From Deltaproteobacteria bacterium (lineage in GTDB: Bacteria; Myxococcota_A; UBA9160; SMWR01): DNA of 64,000 nt. The notes beneath the pieces were generated by a model. It did not search any database. It was given only the letters and a program-made list of their open reading frames with translations, and was not told the origin of the DNA. The translations under genes were made by a program, and so were the position numbers. This document shows positions 8,988-18,721 of this stretch, one piece after another. Location of the stretch: the NCBI GenBank assembly GCA_032128375.1, contig JAQBGU010000107.1, positions 32,001 to 96,000 of the forward strand. The letters are read 5' to 3'. Position 1 is the first letter of the stretch. Each line of letters starts with the position of its first letter.

Positions 8988-10403
8988 TCAGGGTTGATTC
9001 TCCCGCGCGTTCGCTTGCAGCGACGGGGTTTTTTCGGCGTCGCGCATGTGCTCGAAGTAGGTCCAGCTCTTCAACACTTCGAGGGCGCGCGTGAGTTGGA
9101 CGTCAGGTCTTTCCGCGGTTTCGGCTTCAATCGACTCTGTCAAACGAGCGTCTGGCCCCAAGCCGTCTCCTTCGGTCGCCTCGTCCGGTGAAGCGTCGTC
9201 CTGGGTGAAGTGGCCCTCGAGATCGGACTCGCGCACTCTTCTGCGCGCTTTGCCTGTGGCGGCCACGACGACGGGGTCGACTACGATGTCCGGCGCAATC
9301 CCGACTTCTTGAATCGAGCGACCCGACGGCGTGTAATACAGCGCGGTCGTCAAGCGCAGCCCGTGATTTCCCTCGAGCGGGTAAACCGTCTGCACTGAAC
9401 CCTTCCCGAACGTCTGCTGGCCGACGATCAATGCGCGGCGTTGGTCCTGGAGCGCTCCTGCGACGATCTCCGAGGCACTCGCTGAACCCGGGTTGACCAG
9501 AACGGTGATCGGATAATTCGGTTCCGTGCCGGTAGCCTGCGCCCTGTACTCCTGACGCTGGCTGGCGTCTCGACCTTCGGTGTACACAACGAGTCCTTCG
9601 TCCAACCAGGTATCGGAAATTTTGACGGCCTGGTCGAGCAGGCCTCCCGGGTTGTCGCGCAGATCGATCACGAGACCACGGAAGGGCTCGTCCGAATCTT
9701 CGCGCATTCGCTTCAATCCCTCCTGCAGTTCATCTACCGTCCGCTCGGCGAACGAGCGGATTCGAACGTACGCGTAGCCCGGCTCGAGCATCCGGCTGGT
9801 CACGGAAACCACCTGGACGACGTCACGCACAACCGTGAAGGGCCGAGGCTCGCTGAACCCCTCACGGTAGATCTCGATCGTGATCTCGGTCCCGCGCCTG
9901 CCGCGCATCAGAGACACCGCCTCGATCAGCGTCATGTTCTTGGTCGCGCGACACTTCTCGTCCCAGTCTTCGGGGACCACGGTCGGACAGATTTTGATGA
10001 TCTGATCGCGCGATTCGATTCCCGCCCGGTCTGCCGGAGTGCCCTCGATTGGAGCGATTACCTCGATGTAACCATCCGGGTCTTTCGTGATCTCGATGCC
10101 GAGTCCGTGAAATTCGCCGCGGGTGTCGACCTGCATCTCCTGATACTGCTCGACGTCCAGAAACGAAGAATGCGGGTCGAGTCCGCTAAGCATCCCGCTC
10201 ACGGCCCCCCGGATCAGCGTCCCATCCTCGATCGGCTCGACGTAGTGGGTGCGAACCAGCGTCAGCACATTCGTGAACAGGCTGAGATCGTCGTACCGGG
10301 TCTGCGCCGAATTCACGATACTCGGCGACAAACCGGATACCGCCGCGGCGACCACCACGCCCGCTAAAAACGTCAACATGAATCGAATTCTGAGTCGTCG
10401 CAT
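8988..10403 (-). CDS. ctpA: C-terminal processing protease, S41 family (CtpA-like)
   Basis: LDPHS, PDZ domain, DLRDNPGGLL, SASASEIVAGALQD, TFGKGSVQ; start at MRRLRIR. Confidence 0.93.
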   Translation of the reverse strand: MRRLRIRFMLTFLAGVVVAAAVSGLSPSIVNSAQTRYDDLSLFTNVLTLVRTHYVEPIEDGTLIRGAVSGMLSGLDPHSSFLDVEQYQEMQVDTRGEFHGLGIEITKDPDGYIEVIAPIEGTPADRAGIESRDQIIKICPTVVPEDWDEKCRATKNMTLIEAVSLMRGRRGTEITIEIYREGFSEPRPFTVVRDVVQVVSVTSRMLEPGYAYVRIRSFAERTVDELQEGLKRMREDSDEPFRGLVIDLRDNPGGLLDQAVKISDTWLDEGLVVYTEGRDASQRQEYRAQATGTEPNYPITVLVNPGSASASEIVAGALQDQRRALIVGQQTFGKGSVQTVYPLEGNHGLRLTTALYYTPSGRSIQEVGIAPDIVVDPVVVAATGKARRRVRESDLEGHFTQDDASPDEATEGDGLGPDARLTESIEAETAERPDVQLTRALEVLKSWTYFEHMRDAEKTPSLQANARENQP

Positions 10404-10549
10404 GGATCGGATCTCCGTTGGGTGCTCTCGTCTGCGGATTTCTTGTTTCTTTGGTTTTTTGCCAATCACAACTCTACCCCGTCCCGGCGCGGGCGCGAGC
10501 AAACTGTGATCGATGCTCTCGGATCTGGCTGCCCATCCGTGTCAATTCA

Positions 10550-11725
10550 TCAACTGGATTGGCTCGCTCCCATCGGAACGAGCCAATCTGCCGGGTCTTG
10601 CGGCTCGCCGCCGTGACGAATCTCGAAGTACAGCCTGGCGCCGAGCAGAGATCCCGTGTCGCCCACCGTCCCGACCACTGCCCCGGAAGCGACGTTATCA
10701 CCGACATCGACGCGAATTTCCTCCAGGTGTCCGAGCACGGTGAAGTACTCATCGCCGTGGTCGAGGATGACAATTTTCCCGTAACCGCGAAACCAGCCGG
10801 CGAGACGGACGAGACCAGGCGCGACTGAGCGCACGGGCGTGCCCATCGCTGCATCGAACTCGACGCCCTTGTGGAAGGTCTTGGTGTGAAATTCGGCGTC
10901 GACGACCCGTCCGAAGTGTTTCGCGATCGGCGCTAGGACTGGCGGGCGCAATCGTGTGCGGAGCGACTCGAACGGTATCGCGACAAGCTGGTACTCGGCT
11001 TTCTGTGTCGCCTCGAGCGATAGCAGGGTTTCCTCCAGCGCACGCGCAGCAATCTCCATTTCGACGAGTGCCGACCGCTCGCTCGTGCGGTCGCCTTGCA
11101 GCCGGGTGAGTAGCCGCCGCTTCACGATTCGCTCTCGCTCGAGTTGTGCCGTGCGATCGTTCAAATCTGCAAGCACCTCGTCGCGGCTTGCCAACGCATC
11201 CCGCGCCCGGGCTTCTACATCGACCAACGCCGCAGATTCGATTCGGTGTCGATCGAGTAGTTGAGCGTCGTGATCCAACAATTGTTGCAGGGTGCGCACA
11301 CGGGCGAGTAGATCCTGGATACCCTCCGCGGCGAACAGCAGCGCAACAGGCCCGATTTCGCCGGCCCGATACAACGCCACCGCTCGGGCGGCCATTGCGC
11401 GCTCAGTGGCGCGCTGGCGCTCGAGAAGTCGGACCACCTCCAACTCGACGTTCGCAAGCGTGGAACTCGCTGCTTCAGCCCGGCGCCGGACAGACACGAG
11501 ATTGTGCCGGAGCGCCGACGTGCTTCGATCGATCGCCTCCAGTGTCTCGAGCAGGCCACGTTGTTCGCGCTCGTAGGTTGCGACGCGCTCGCGACTGCCG
11601 CGGATGGCACTGCGCAACTGGTCAAGATTCTGGCCGTTGTTGTCGACGGCCAGCGCGAGACCGGTTGGCCCGACCCCGAAAGACAGCCATGCGGTCAATG
11701 CAACCGCAGCCCTGCGAGCCATCAC
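10550..11725 (-). CDS. envC: Murein hydrolase activator EnvC-like (coiled coil + M23/LytM domain)
   Basis: Signal peptide, long coiled coil, HKGVEF...GYGKIVILDHG...LYFEIR; follows ftsEX. Confidence 0.85.
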   Translation of the reverse strand: MMARRAAVALTAWLSFGVGPTGLALAVDNNGQNLDQLRSAIRGSRERVATYEREQRGLLETLEAIDRSTSALRHNLVSVRRRAEAASSTLANVELEVVRLLERQRATERAMAARAVALYRAGEIGPVALLFAAEGIQDLLARVRTLQQLLDHDAQLLDRHRIESAALVDVEARARDALASRDEVLADLNDRTAQLERERIVKRRLLTRLQGDRTSERSALVEMEIAARALEETLLSLEATQKAEYQLVAIPFESLRTRLRPPVLAPIAKHFGRVVDAEFHTKTFHKGVEFDAAMGTPVRSVAPGLVRLAGWFRGYGKIVILDHGDEYFTVLGHLEEIRVDVGDNVASGAVVGTVGDTGSLLGARLYFEIRHGGEPQDPADWLVPMGASQSS

Positions 11726-12639
11726 GAGCGAAAGCCCGCGGTGATCGCACCAGCCGATCCGATCAACCCCAGTGCCGCGCCTCCGCCCACGACCATGGCC
11801 GACTCGATCGTGGAAAAAAACCGCGGCGTCGAACCGACGATCATCTCCAGACCCGACTCGAGGCCGGGTAGCGCCAGTTCAAATATCGCGAACAGGATCG
11901 CCAACGCGATGACACCGCCCGCCCCACCCTGTAACAGCCCCTCGAGCAGGAATGGAGTCCGGATGAACCCGCGGCTCGCTCCCACCAGCGACAGAATCTC
12001 CAGTTCGTCGCTGCGAGAGATGATTCCCAGCCGAATGGTGTTGGCAACGATCAGCAGCGTCGCGAGAGCCAGGATGAGTCCCAACCCCGTCCCGATCGTT
12101 CGCACCATCGATATCGCGTGGAGGTATCCCTCGACCCAGTCGCGTCCGGAACTGAGGTCGTCGATGCCAGCGAGTTCCTGGATCGATATGGACACCGCGG
12201 CCAAGCCGTCGGCTGAGCGTTTGTCGGGCGAAAGCACGATTTCGAGCGACGCGGGCAACGGGTTCGCATCCAACCCTTCGAGCAATCGAACTCCGCTTCC
12301 AACCGAAGCCCGAAACCGCTCGAGCGCCTGTTCGGGAGACACCCGACTCACTTCGGCAACGCCCGCCAACGCCGCGACTCGGACGGCCAGATCACGCCGT
12401 GCATCCGGCGAGAGATCCGACTCGAGATAGGCGGTGATCCGCAATTCGTCGCCAAATTCGTTGATCAGTTCTTCCATGTTGTAGACGAGCAGCAGGAATG
12501 CACCGACGAGAACCAACATGACACCGATCGTCAATACCGCAACGCCAGTGGTTCCCCTGCTCGCCCACAAGCCGCGAAACGCGGTGTGAACGAAATAGAT
12601 CATCCGGTAGAGCGCGCCCGACCACACCGAACGACTCAT
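11722..12639 (-). CDS. ftsX: Cell division ABC permease FtsX
   Basis: NPLPASLE, IVANTIRLGI..R.DELEILSLVGASRGFIRTPFLLEG. Confidence 0.93.
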   Translation of the reverse strand: MSRSVWSGALYRMIYFVHTAFRGLWASRGTTGVAVLTIGVMLVLVGAFLLLVYNMEELINEFGDELRITAYLESDLSPDARRDLAVRVAALAGVAEVSRVSPEQALERFRASVGSGVRLLEGLDANPLPASLEIVLSPDKRSADGLAAVSISIQELAGIDDLSSGRDWVEGYLHAISMVRTIGTGLGLILALATLLIVANTIRLGIISRSDELEILSLVGASRGFIRTPFLLEGLLQGGAGGVIALAILFAIFELALPGLESGLEMIVGSTPRFFSTIESAMVVGGGAALGLIGSAGAITAGFRS

Positions 12640-13379
12640 CGGGAAACCCCTGGCGGCCGCGCGTCTTCGGTGAGCTTACCGCCTTCGAGCCGAAGGGTGC
12701 GCTTTCGATATCGCTTGACCAGGTCCAATTCGTGTGTCGCAACGACTACACAGGTGCCACGCAGCGCGGTGCCGGCGATCAGATCCATGATATCGACGGT
12801 GAGATCCGGGTCGAGATTTCCGGTCGGCTCGTCAGCGAGCAGGATTTCCGGCTCGTTGACCAGTGCGCGGGCCAACGCTACGCGTTGCTGTTCGCCACCC
12901 GAAAGAGCGAGCGGATAGTGGTCTCGGCGATGTTGAAGGCCGAGCTGCTTGAGAATCGCGAAGACTTTCGCGCGTGTCTTTCGAGGCGGACACCCGGTGA
13001 CATGCAGCGCCACCGCGACGTTCTCTGAGACCGTTCGTCGACTCAACAGCTTGAAATCCTGGAATACGACACCAATACGCCGCCGCAGCGGCGGGATCGC
13101 CGATTCGCCCAGCCGCGCAATATTGCGCCCCAGTACGACAATCTGGCCTTCACTGGGTCGCTCGGCGCCGAATAGGAGATTCAGCAGAGTCGATTTCCCG
13201 GCGCCACTCGGGCCGGTCAAGAAGACCATCTCCCCCTTCGCGAGTTCCAGGCTGATGTCGCAAAGCGCATTCGTCCCCGCCAGGTACGACTTGGAAACGT
13301 GGAACATCCGGATCGCGCCGTCGCTGCCGAGTCCGGCAGTTGCGGAACCAAAGCCCCGCATCCGCGAGCGCTGACTCAC
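12636..13379 (-). CDS. ftsE: Cell division ATP-binding protein FtsE
   Basis: GPSGAGKST, LRRRIGVVFQDFKLL, LSGGEQQRVALARA, ADEPTGNLD. Confidence 0.95.
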   Translation of the reverse strand: MSQRSRMRGFGSATAGLGSDGAIRMFHVSKSYLAGTNALCDISLELAKGEMVFLTGPSGAGKSTLLNLLFGAERPSEGQIVVLGRNIARLGESAIPPLRRRIGVVFQDFKLLSRRTVSENVAVALHVTGCPPRKTRAKVFAILKQLGLQHRRDHYPLALSGGEQQRVALARALVNEPEILLADEPTGNLDPDLTVDIMDLIAGTALRGTCVVVATHELDLVKRYRKRTLRLEGGKLTEDARPPGVSR

Positions 13380-13984
13380 GCTTTGGAGCGCGTTTTGACG
13401 GGCGAACGTCGGTCCGACGAGCGCTCGCGGGCCTTTTGGACCAGGTATTCCAGGATCACCTCGTCGAGTGGCTTCTGCGGGTCGATGCTGTCGCCAAATG
13501 CTGCTCTGGCGCCTGGCCGCGCGGCTTGCATGTTCAAAAGCGGCTCACCCGCCAGGCTCGGGTCGGTGTCGAATTGTGGTGTCGTCACGCTGCCGGTGAT
13601 GGCGCCAGTTTGGATCAGCTGGGCAGCGGATGGGTCGGCATGCTCGGCGGCAAAAGGCTCGGCGTGCGACACCGCCGCATCGATCTCGGGTGCTGTGACG
13701 CTCGCCCGTCGGTCAGGGAGCCGTTCCGCGATCGCAGCGTCGAATTCGCCACGTCGAAGTGCTTTTAGCATCGCCTTGTGTTGCTCTTCGATTCGGCTTC
13801 TCACTTCACGGTCGAGATCCGGCGACTCCACCGCATCCGAATAGTCCTGTTTGCGAGATCCAACGATCGTGCCGCCGGAGTAGACGTGACTGATGATGTG
13901 CGGGTTCGCGCGACCACTGTCCTCTGTCTGGACGTGGAATACCCTCTCACGGTGGCGAATATTCGTGTTGCAGCCAGTGATCAT
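13376..13984 (-). CDS. Hypothetical protein, translationally coupled to ftsE
   Basis: Globular N-terminus MITGCNTNIRHRERVFHVQTEDSG..NPHIISH, low-complexity linker, C-terminal KPLDEVILEYL; its stop overlaps the ftsE start. Confidence 0.75.
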   Translation of the reverse strand: MITGCNTNIRHRERVFHVQTEDSGRANPHIISHVYSGGTIVGSRKQDYSDAVESPDLDREVRSRIEEQHKAMLKALRRGEFDAAIAERLPDRRASVTAPEIDAAVSHAEPFAAEHADPSAAQLIQTGAITGSVTTPQFDTDPSLAGEPLLNMQAARPGARAAFGDSIDPQKPLDEVILEYLVQKARERSSDRRSPVKTRSKA

Positions 13985-14188
13985 CGCCGGTGTCGGCCCC
14001 CTGCGAACCGCTTGAACGCGCGAGTCTGGTACGCCAGCTGGCCGTTGTCGACTCGGCCTGGCAAGACTTCGCGCAATCGGGCGAGTCCATTTGGAGAATC
14101 GGCGAATTGGCAGACGAGCTGAAGCCCGACATCGTCGCATTCAGGCCCCAGGGCCCATGCAGGGGGGGGTGGAATCGGCCTCGCCGGA

Positions 14189-14221
14189 AGCCCCAACCCG
14201 CCCACTTGGCGGGTTGGGGCT
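14189..14221. terminator. Strong GC hairpin downstream of the PEP-CTERM gene (putative terminator)
   Basis: Perfect 14-bp inverted repeat agccccaacccgcc-cactt-ggcgggttggggct; only a weak U-tract. Confidence 0.55.
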
Positions 14222-14276
14222 CGGTGGCGGCGTCGATAGGGGGGCTGGGGATCGCCGCCGGAGGGTCCTGTGGAAC

Positions 14277-14981
14277 CTACAGCTGACAGCGCTTTCCACT
14301 GAGTTGCGGCGAGCCGGAACGTCGCATTCGATGGCGCGATCTCACCAGCGCGAGCAGCCCGACGGTAAGCAACGCCATTGGCTGCGGTTCTGGCACCGAC
14401 AGGAGTTCGAAACTTCCGGGACTCGGAATTTCTTGAATCCGGAAATCAGCCAGATTGTCGTCGGTATCGACGTCCGCGAATATTCGCGCCAGGCTCGATC
14501 CAGCCGGGGGATCGGGTGCCGGGCTCCCCTCGCCGGCGAACACTTCACCGATGCCGAAGCTGCCGTAGCCCACTGCATCCAAGACCTCGGCGGCGTTGCG
14601 CAATACGATGGAATCTGGGCCGTTTTGGAAGTCGAAATTTGCGATCTGGTCGGCGCCCGGCACGAGAGATGTGCCATCGCCGCTGTCATCAGCAACGACG
14701 AAGATCCCTTCCGGAGAAAAGATTCCGACCAGCGCGATCGTAGGTCCGAAGTCGCCATTGGCGCCGTTGACCCCTTCGAGAAACAGGCCCTCTGTCGAGG
14801 TCCCCGGCTCACCATAGAGTTCAACGAACGACTGACCGTTGTCAGAACCGACTGCGTCGTAGTAGATCTCTGAAATCAGCGGCACCGCGCTGGCAACAGA
14901 CGCAAGCAAGATCGCCCCGACCAAGGCTGAAATCGGGAGCGCCGGTCCCCATGAGAAGCTGCGAGGTTTCTGATCGGCCAT
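14277..14981 (-). CDS. Lamin-tail-domain protein with PEP-CTERM sorting signal
   Basis: Signal peptide, LISEIYYDAVGSDNGQSFVELY (LTD), NGPDSIVL, C-terminal VPEP + hydrophobic helix + Arg cluster; start could be 15071. Confidence 0.85.
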   Translation of the reverse strand: MADQKPRSFSWGPALPISALVGAILLASVASAVPLISEIYYDAVGSDNGQSFVELYGEPGTSTEGLFLEGVNGANGDFGPTIALVGIFSPEGIFVVADDSGDGTSLVPGADQIANFDFQNGPDSIVLRNAAEVLDAVGYGSFGIGEVFAGEGSPAPDPPAGSSLARIFADVDTDDNLADFRIQEIPSPGSFELLSVPEPQPMALLTVGLLALVRSRHRMRRSGSPQLSGKRCQL

Positions 14982-15002
14982 GCGGGCCGATCGAGCCTGG
15001 GT

Positions 15003-15074
15003 TTGGATCGCAAATTGAATCGCAAATTGAATCGCAGATTGGATCACTTTTTGAATCACTGTATCGGTCACTGT
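15003..15074. repeat. Degenerate 12-bp tandem repeat x6 at a gene junction
   Basis: ttggatcgcaaa ttgaatcgcaaa ttgaatcgcaga ttggatcacttt ttgaatcactgt atcggtcactgt. Confidence 0.85.
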
Positions 15075-16975
15075 AAAATACTCTCCGATGCGTTCGGGAC
15101 CGGGCTAGGTGCATCACCCGAATCTCGGGCCATGCTGTGACGCCTGGGATCTCGCGGAGCGGGATCGCGTTGTGTCGAACCCGCAAGCGGGTCGGACTCG
15201 GGGAGTCGGCGGGAGAACCAACCACCAGTCCACGCATCGATTCCCGCAGCGAGTTGGTCCGCGCGAATCTGCAGCGGTAGCCCGTCGCCGTCCCCGCTTA
15301 TGGAATGGATTTCGGCGAGCACACGCTGTCTCTCGAAGTACAGCTGCGTCACCTCATCGAGCACTTCGTCTCGCAACTCGATGATCTCGCGCGCCTCTCG
15401 CGAAATGTCGAGCCGCTCCGGGTGGTACGCGATGTCGCCGAGGTCCCAGACCAGGCTGAGTCGGAGTTCCAATCCTGTCGCGCGATCGCGATCTGAATCT
15501 CTCAGCTCACGGAGTCCCCCCGACAGGTAAGCCTCGTCGTAGTCCCAGCTCCGCGATTTGTCTCTGTCACGGGAGATCGAGAAGGCAACGGCCGGAAGCC
15601 AGCCTCGACGATCCAGTCCCCGGTTGATCTCGCGAACCCGGCCTGGATCGAGTTCGAGGTAATCGAGTGCGGCTCGGTGAACCCGATCGATACCCGGATC
15701 CGCCGAATCGTGTTGCGGCAGACTCGGCGGAACAGCGACTCCCAAACCCGCGGTACCCACCATCAGACCACGATCGGTCGCGACATAGAGGGCGTGTTCG
15801 ATTTCGCTGTCGGCGCTCTCGCGACCGATCGCCGCCAAATCCCCGATTGGACGGGTCGCAAACGGGCCGTTCGCAGGCAGCCACGGTCCGCGCAGGTTCC
15901 GCGAGCGGAACAGTCCCCGGTCCGACGCGAGCCAGCACCAGCCTATTGCCTGAGCGAGTTCGACGATCGACGCGCCCGGAGCCAATTCCGGGCGCAGCAC
16001 ATCCCAACCGAGCCCTGATTCCATGGAATCGTCGGCTCGGCTCACGACGATTGCAGAGTCGTAGACGACGACAATCTCAGAGCCGTCGATGTCGAGCGCG
16101 ATGTCGACCGCTTCGCCACGTCCCGGCCCCAATGGCAGCTCGATTGGACTCGCACTTGTCTGATGGAAGAGAGTCTGATGGAAGAGAGTCTGATGGATAC
16201 TGGTTTGCTGAGATAGCGCCTGCGTGGATCGGGACGGAGTCTGAGGCGTCGCAGACACTGCGGCTTGTAGAAACACCCGCCACAGCTGACCGCGAATGAC
16301 GGCCCAACACTCGATTCCGTCGCTGCGCTCCTTCAGCGCGACACTGGAGGCTGGACCGGTGGGTACCCCCCCGCCGAGTCGCTGCCATACCTGCGCATCA
16401 AGCGACAGGAACACCCCGTCGGCGGTCGCAATCGCGGTTACCCGGCCCGCCGTCGCGATACGCGACACATCCGCAGCGCCCGCACCCGGCGCCGGAGCGA
16501 CCGGGCGACCAGCGGATGCGAAATCCGCCCGATACAGCCCTGATTCGGTAGCGATCAACAAGTCGGGTGAATGCGTCCCGATCGCTGCGACGAATCGGAC
16601 TTCCCGCACGGCACCTCGAAGCCAGTGCCTGCGCAGCGCGTCGGGTCCGCTCCCAACCAATACGCCGCGCGAGTCCCCTACCGCGAACGCGAATCGCGCC
16701 CCCGGTGCGATGGCGACCGCGTGGATCGCATCGCGAGCGGCCGCGAGAGCAACCGTTTCCCACCGGACTTCCAAGGGAAGTTGAGCCGAACGCTCGTCGG
16801 AACGCTCGTTGAAGCTCTCGTCGGAGCTCTGGTTGGAGCTGGCAGTTCCGGGGGCGAGTGTCGAAGCGAGTGAAGCCAGAACAGCGAGGATTGCGGTCGC
16901 GAGGATCTGGATCGTTCCGACCTTGCTCGTGGGTCGTTTCGAGGAGCGCACCACAAGGGAAAGAGCAAGATGCAT
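15068..16975 (-). CDS. Exported hypothetical protein (beta-propeller-like N-region, helical C-terminal domain)
   Basis: Hydrophobic N-terminus; repeated xATxxGLx blade motifs (ATESGLY, ATADGVF, ASDRGLF, ATDRGLM); C-terminal WDL...EVTQLYFERQR...IDAWTGGWFS. Confidence 0.7.
   Translation of the reverse strand: MHLALSLVVRSSKRPTSKVGTIQILATAILAVLASLASTLAPGTASSNQSSDESFNERSDERSAQLPLEVRWETVALAAARDAIHAVAIAPGARFAFAVGDSRGVLVGSGPDALRRHWLRGAVREVRFVAAIGTHSPDLLIATESGLYRADFASAGRPVAPAPGAGAADVSRIATAGRVTAIATADGVFLSLDAQVWQRLGGGVPTGPASSVALKERSDGIECWAVIRGQLWRVFLQAAVSATPQTPSRSTQALSQQTSIHQTLFHQTLFHQTSASPIELPLGPGRGEAVDIALDIDGSEIVVVYDSAIVVSRADDSMESGLGWDVLRPELAPGASIVELAQAIGWCWLASDRGLFRSRNLRGPWLPANGPFATRPIGDLAAIGRESADSEIEHALYVATDRGLMVGTAGLGVAVPPSLPQHDSADPGIDRVHRAALDYLELDPGRVREINRGLDRRGWLPAVAFSISRDRDKSRSWDYDEAYLSGGLRELRDSDRDRATGLELRLSLVWDLGDIAYHPERLDISREAREIIELRDEVLDEVTQLYFERQRVLAEIHSISGDGDGLPLQIRADQLAAGIDAWTGGWFSRRLPESDPLAGSTQRDPAPRDPRRHSMARDSGDAPSPVPNASESILQ
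16158..16232. repeat. In-frame 15-bp tandem repeat x5 (QTSIH/QTLFH)
   Basis: gtctgatggaagaga gtctgatggaagaga gtctgatggatactg gtttgctgagatagc gcctgcgtggatcgg. Confidence 0.8.
16788..16847. repeat. In-frame degenerate 12-bp tandem repeat x5 after the signal peptide
   Basis: gaacgctcgtcg gaacgctcgttg aagctctcgtcg gagctctggttg gagctggcagtt. Confidence 0.7.
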
Positions 16976-17153
16976 GCCGTCGCACCGATCATTCGGTCGG
17001 GATCAGCAAGCGCGCGAAATGCGGATGGATTTCGGTCTCCGCGAGAGCGCGATCGAGGGCCCGGGTGAACCACTGGGCTCGCGCCCGGACCCAACGCCCG
17101 CTGACACCCGGCTTCCTTGACGGTTGCAGACACCTCCAGAACACTCATCGGTC

Positions 17154-17735
17154 ATGTCCAAGCGCCTCGACCGATGGCTCGTCCCGCTGCTTGGCGTCGC
17201 GATCTTGTTCGCCGCCGTGCGGGAAGTACAGGCCGGTGAAGCCGTGGGCGAGCCCGAGCTGTACCGTTGGCTCGACCGAAACGGGGTCGTCCGCTACACG
17301 CCCGACCTCGACCGAATTCCGGACACGCGTCGCAAGACTGCGATTCGCGTCATATCGGGAACCAACCCTCTGGGCGAGCCGCTGGAGACCCCGACCGCGC
17401 CGGCCTCACTTGCCCCGCTCGGCCCAGCCCTGGCCGGCGCCGACCCATTCAACGCGCCTGCCGAGCTGCGGCGGGTCGAAAGCGAGCAGCTCGCCACCCA
17501 TGCCGAGTTCGGCGGCAATACGTGGCCCGAACTCGACGCGCGCATCTCCGAACTCGAAATTTTGATCCAGGCCGACGAAGAGATCATCAAGGAAATGATC
17601 TCGGCACCTTCCAGTGAGGGCAGCGACGAACTGATCTACTCGCCCGTGCTGCGCCAGATCGCGTCGCGCCTGCCCATTTTGCAGGGCGAGCTCAACGAGT
17701 TGCTGCGCTGGCGCGAGCAGCCACAGGATCGATAG
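17154..17735 (+). CDS. Exported protein with a DUF4124-like N-terminal domain and coiled coil
   Basis: Signal peptide, then LYRWLDRNGVVRYT.D..P motif. Confidence 0.7.
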   Translation: MSKRLDRWLVPLLGVAILFAAVREVQAGEAVGEPELYRWLDRNGVVRYTPDLDRIPDTRRKTAIRVISGTNPLGEPLETPTAPASLAPLGPALAGADPFNAPAELRRVESEQLATHAEFGGNTWPELDARISELEILIQADEEIIKEMISAPSSEGSDELIYSPVLRQIASRLPILQGELNELLRWREQPQDR

Positions 17736-17746
17736 GTACCGGAGCC

Positions 17747-18721
17747 GTGTCCGGAATTTCAGCCTCTCCGATCGTCGCGCTTTGCGGCGGCGTGGGGGCC
17801 GCGCGCTTTCTGGCCGGCCTCGTCGCTGCCGTCGACCCTCAGCAGGTAACGGCTATCGTCAATACGGGCGACGATCGCATGTTCTACGGCGTCCACGTCT
17901 CGCCCGACCTCGATATCGTCACATACACGCTATCGGGACAAGTCGACTCCACCCGCGGCTACGGTCTGGCCGGCGATCGATACTCCGTCGTCGACGCGTT
18001 GGGCGCGTTCGGGCACGAAAGTTGGTTCAGACTCGGCGACCGCGACTTCGCCACGAGCTACCACCGGACACTTCGGCTCGCCGCTGGCGTGGGCTTGACC
18101 GCGGTCACCCATGAGATTCAGACGCATTTCGGCGTGCCCATTCGAATTCTACCCATGTCTGAAGATCCGTGCCCCACCATCGTCGAACTCGAAGGTGGCA
18201 GGAGATTACACTTCGAGGAATACCTCGCGCGCGACGGCGCGCCCGACGAGGTTTGTGGGGTCGATCTGTCTGCCGCCGAGCGAGCGGTGCCGGGCCCCGG
18301 TGTACTGGAGGCGATCTCGAGTGCCGGAACGATACTATTGTGCCCGAGTAATCCGGTCGTTTCGATCGGCCCGATCCTGGCGGTCCCTGGTATCCGCGAT
18401 GCGGTGGTCGATTCTCCGGCGCCGGTCGTCGCGGTATCGCCGATTGTCGGTGGCGCGCCAGTGAAGGGGCCGGCCGATCGACTGCTGCGGGGTTTGGGCA
18501 AAGAGGTCTCGGCACGTGGAGTCGCTGTGTGGTACCAGGGTCTGATCGACGGCTTCGTGATCGACCAACGCGATGCCGATCTGGCCAAAGACATCGAAGC
18601 GATGGGCATGCCGACGCGCGTACTCGACACGCTCATGAAGACCACGAAAATTGCGGCATCGGTGGCGCGGGCCGCGCTCTCGCTGGCTGAGGCCCTGTCG
18701 GCCTCGGAGCCGCGCGAATGA
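17747..18721 (+). CDS. cofD: 2-phospho-L-lactate transferase (F420 biosynthesis)
   Basis: GGVGAARFL, NTGDD, SPDLDIVTYTL, WFRLGDRD, HFEEY, PSNPVVSIGPIL, VSPIVGGAPVKGPA. Confidence 0.95.
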   Translation: MSGISASPIVALCGGVGAARFLAGLVAAVDPQQVTAIVNTGDDRMFYGVHVSPDLDIVTYTLSGQVDSTRGYGLAGDRYSVVDALGAFGHESWFRLGDRDFATSYHRTLRLAAGVGLTAVTHEIQTHFGVPIRILPMSEDPCPTIVELEGGRRLHFEEYLARDGAPDEVCGVDLSAAERAVPGPGVLEAISSAGTILLCPSNPVVSIGPILAVPGIRDAVVDSPAPVVAVSPIVGGAPVKGPADRLLRGLGKEVSARGVAVWYQGLIDGFVIDQRDADLAKDIEAMGMPTRVLDTLMKTTKIAASVARAALSLAEALSASEPRE

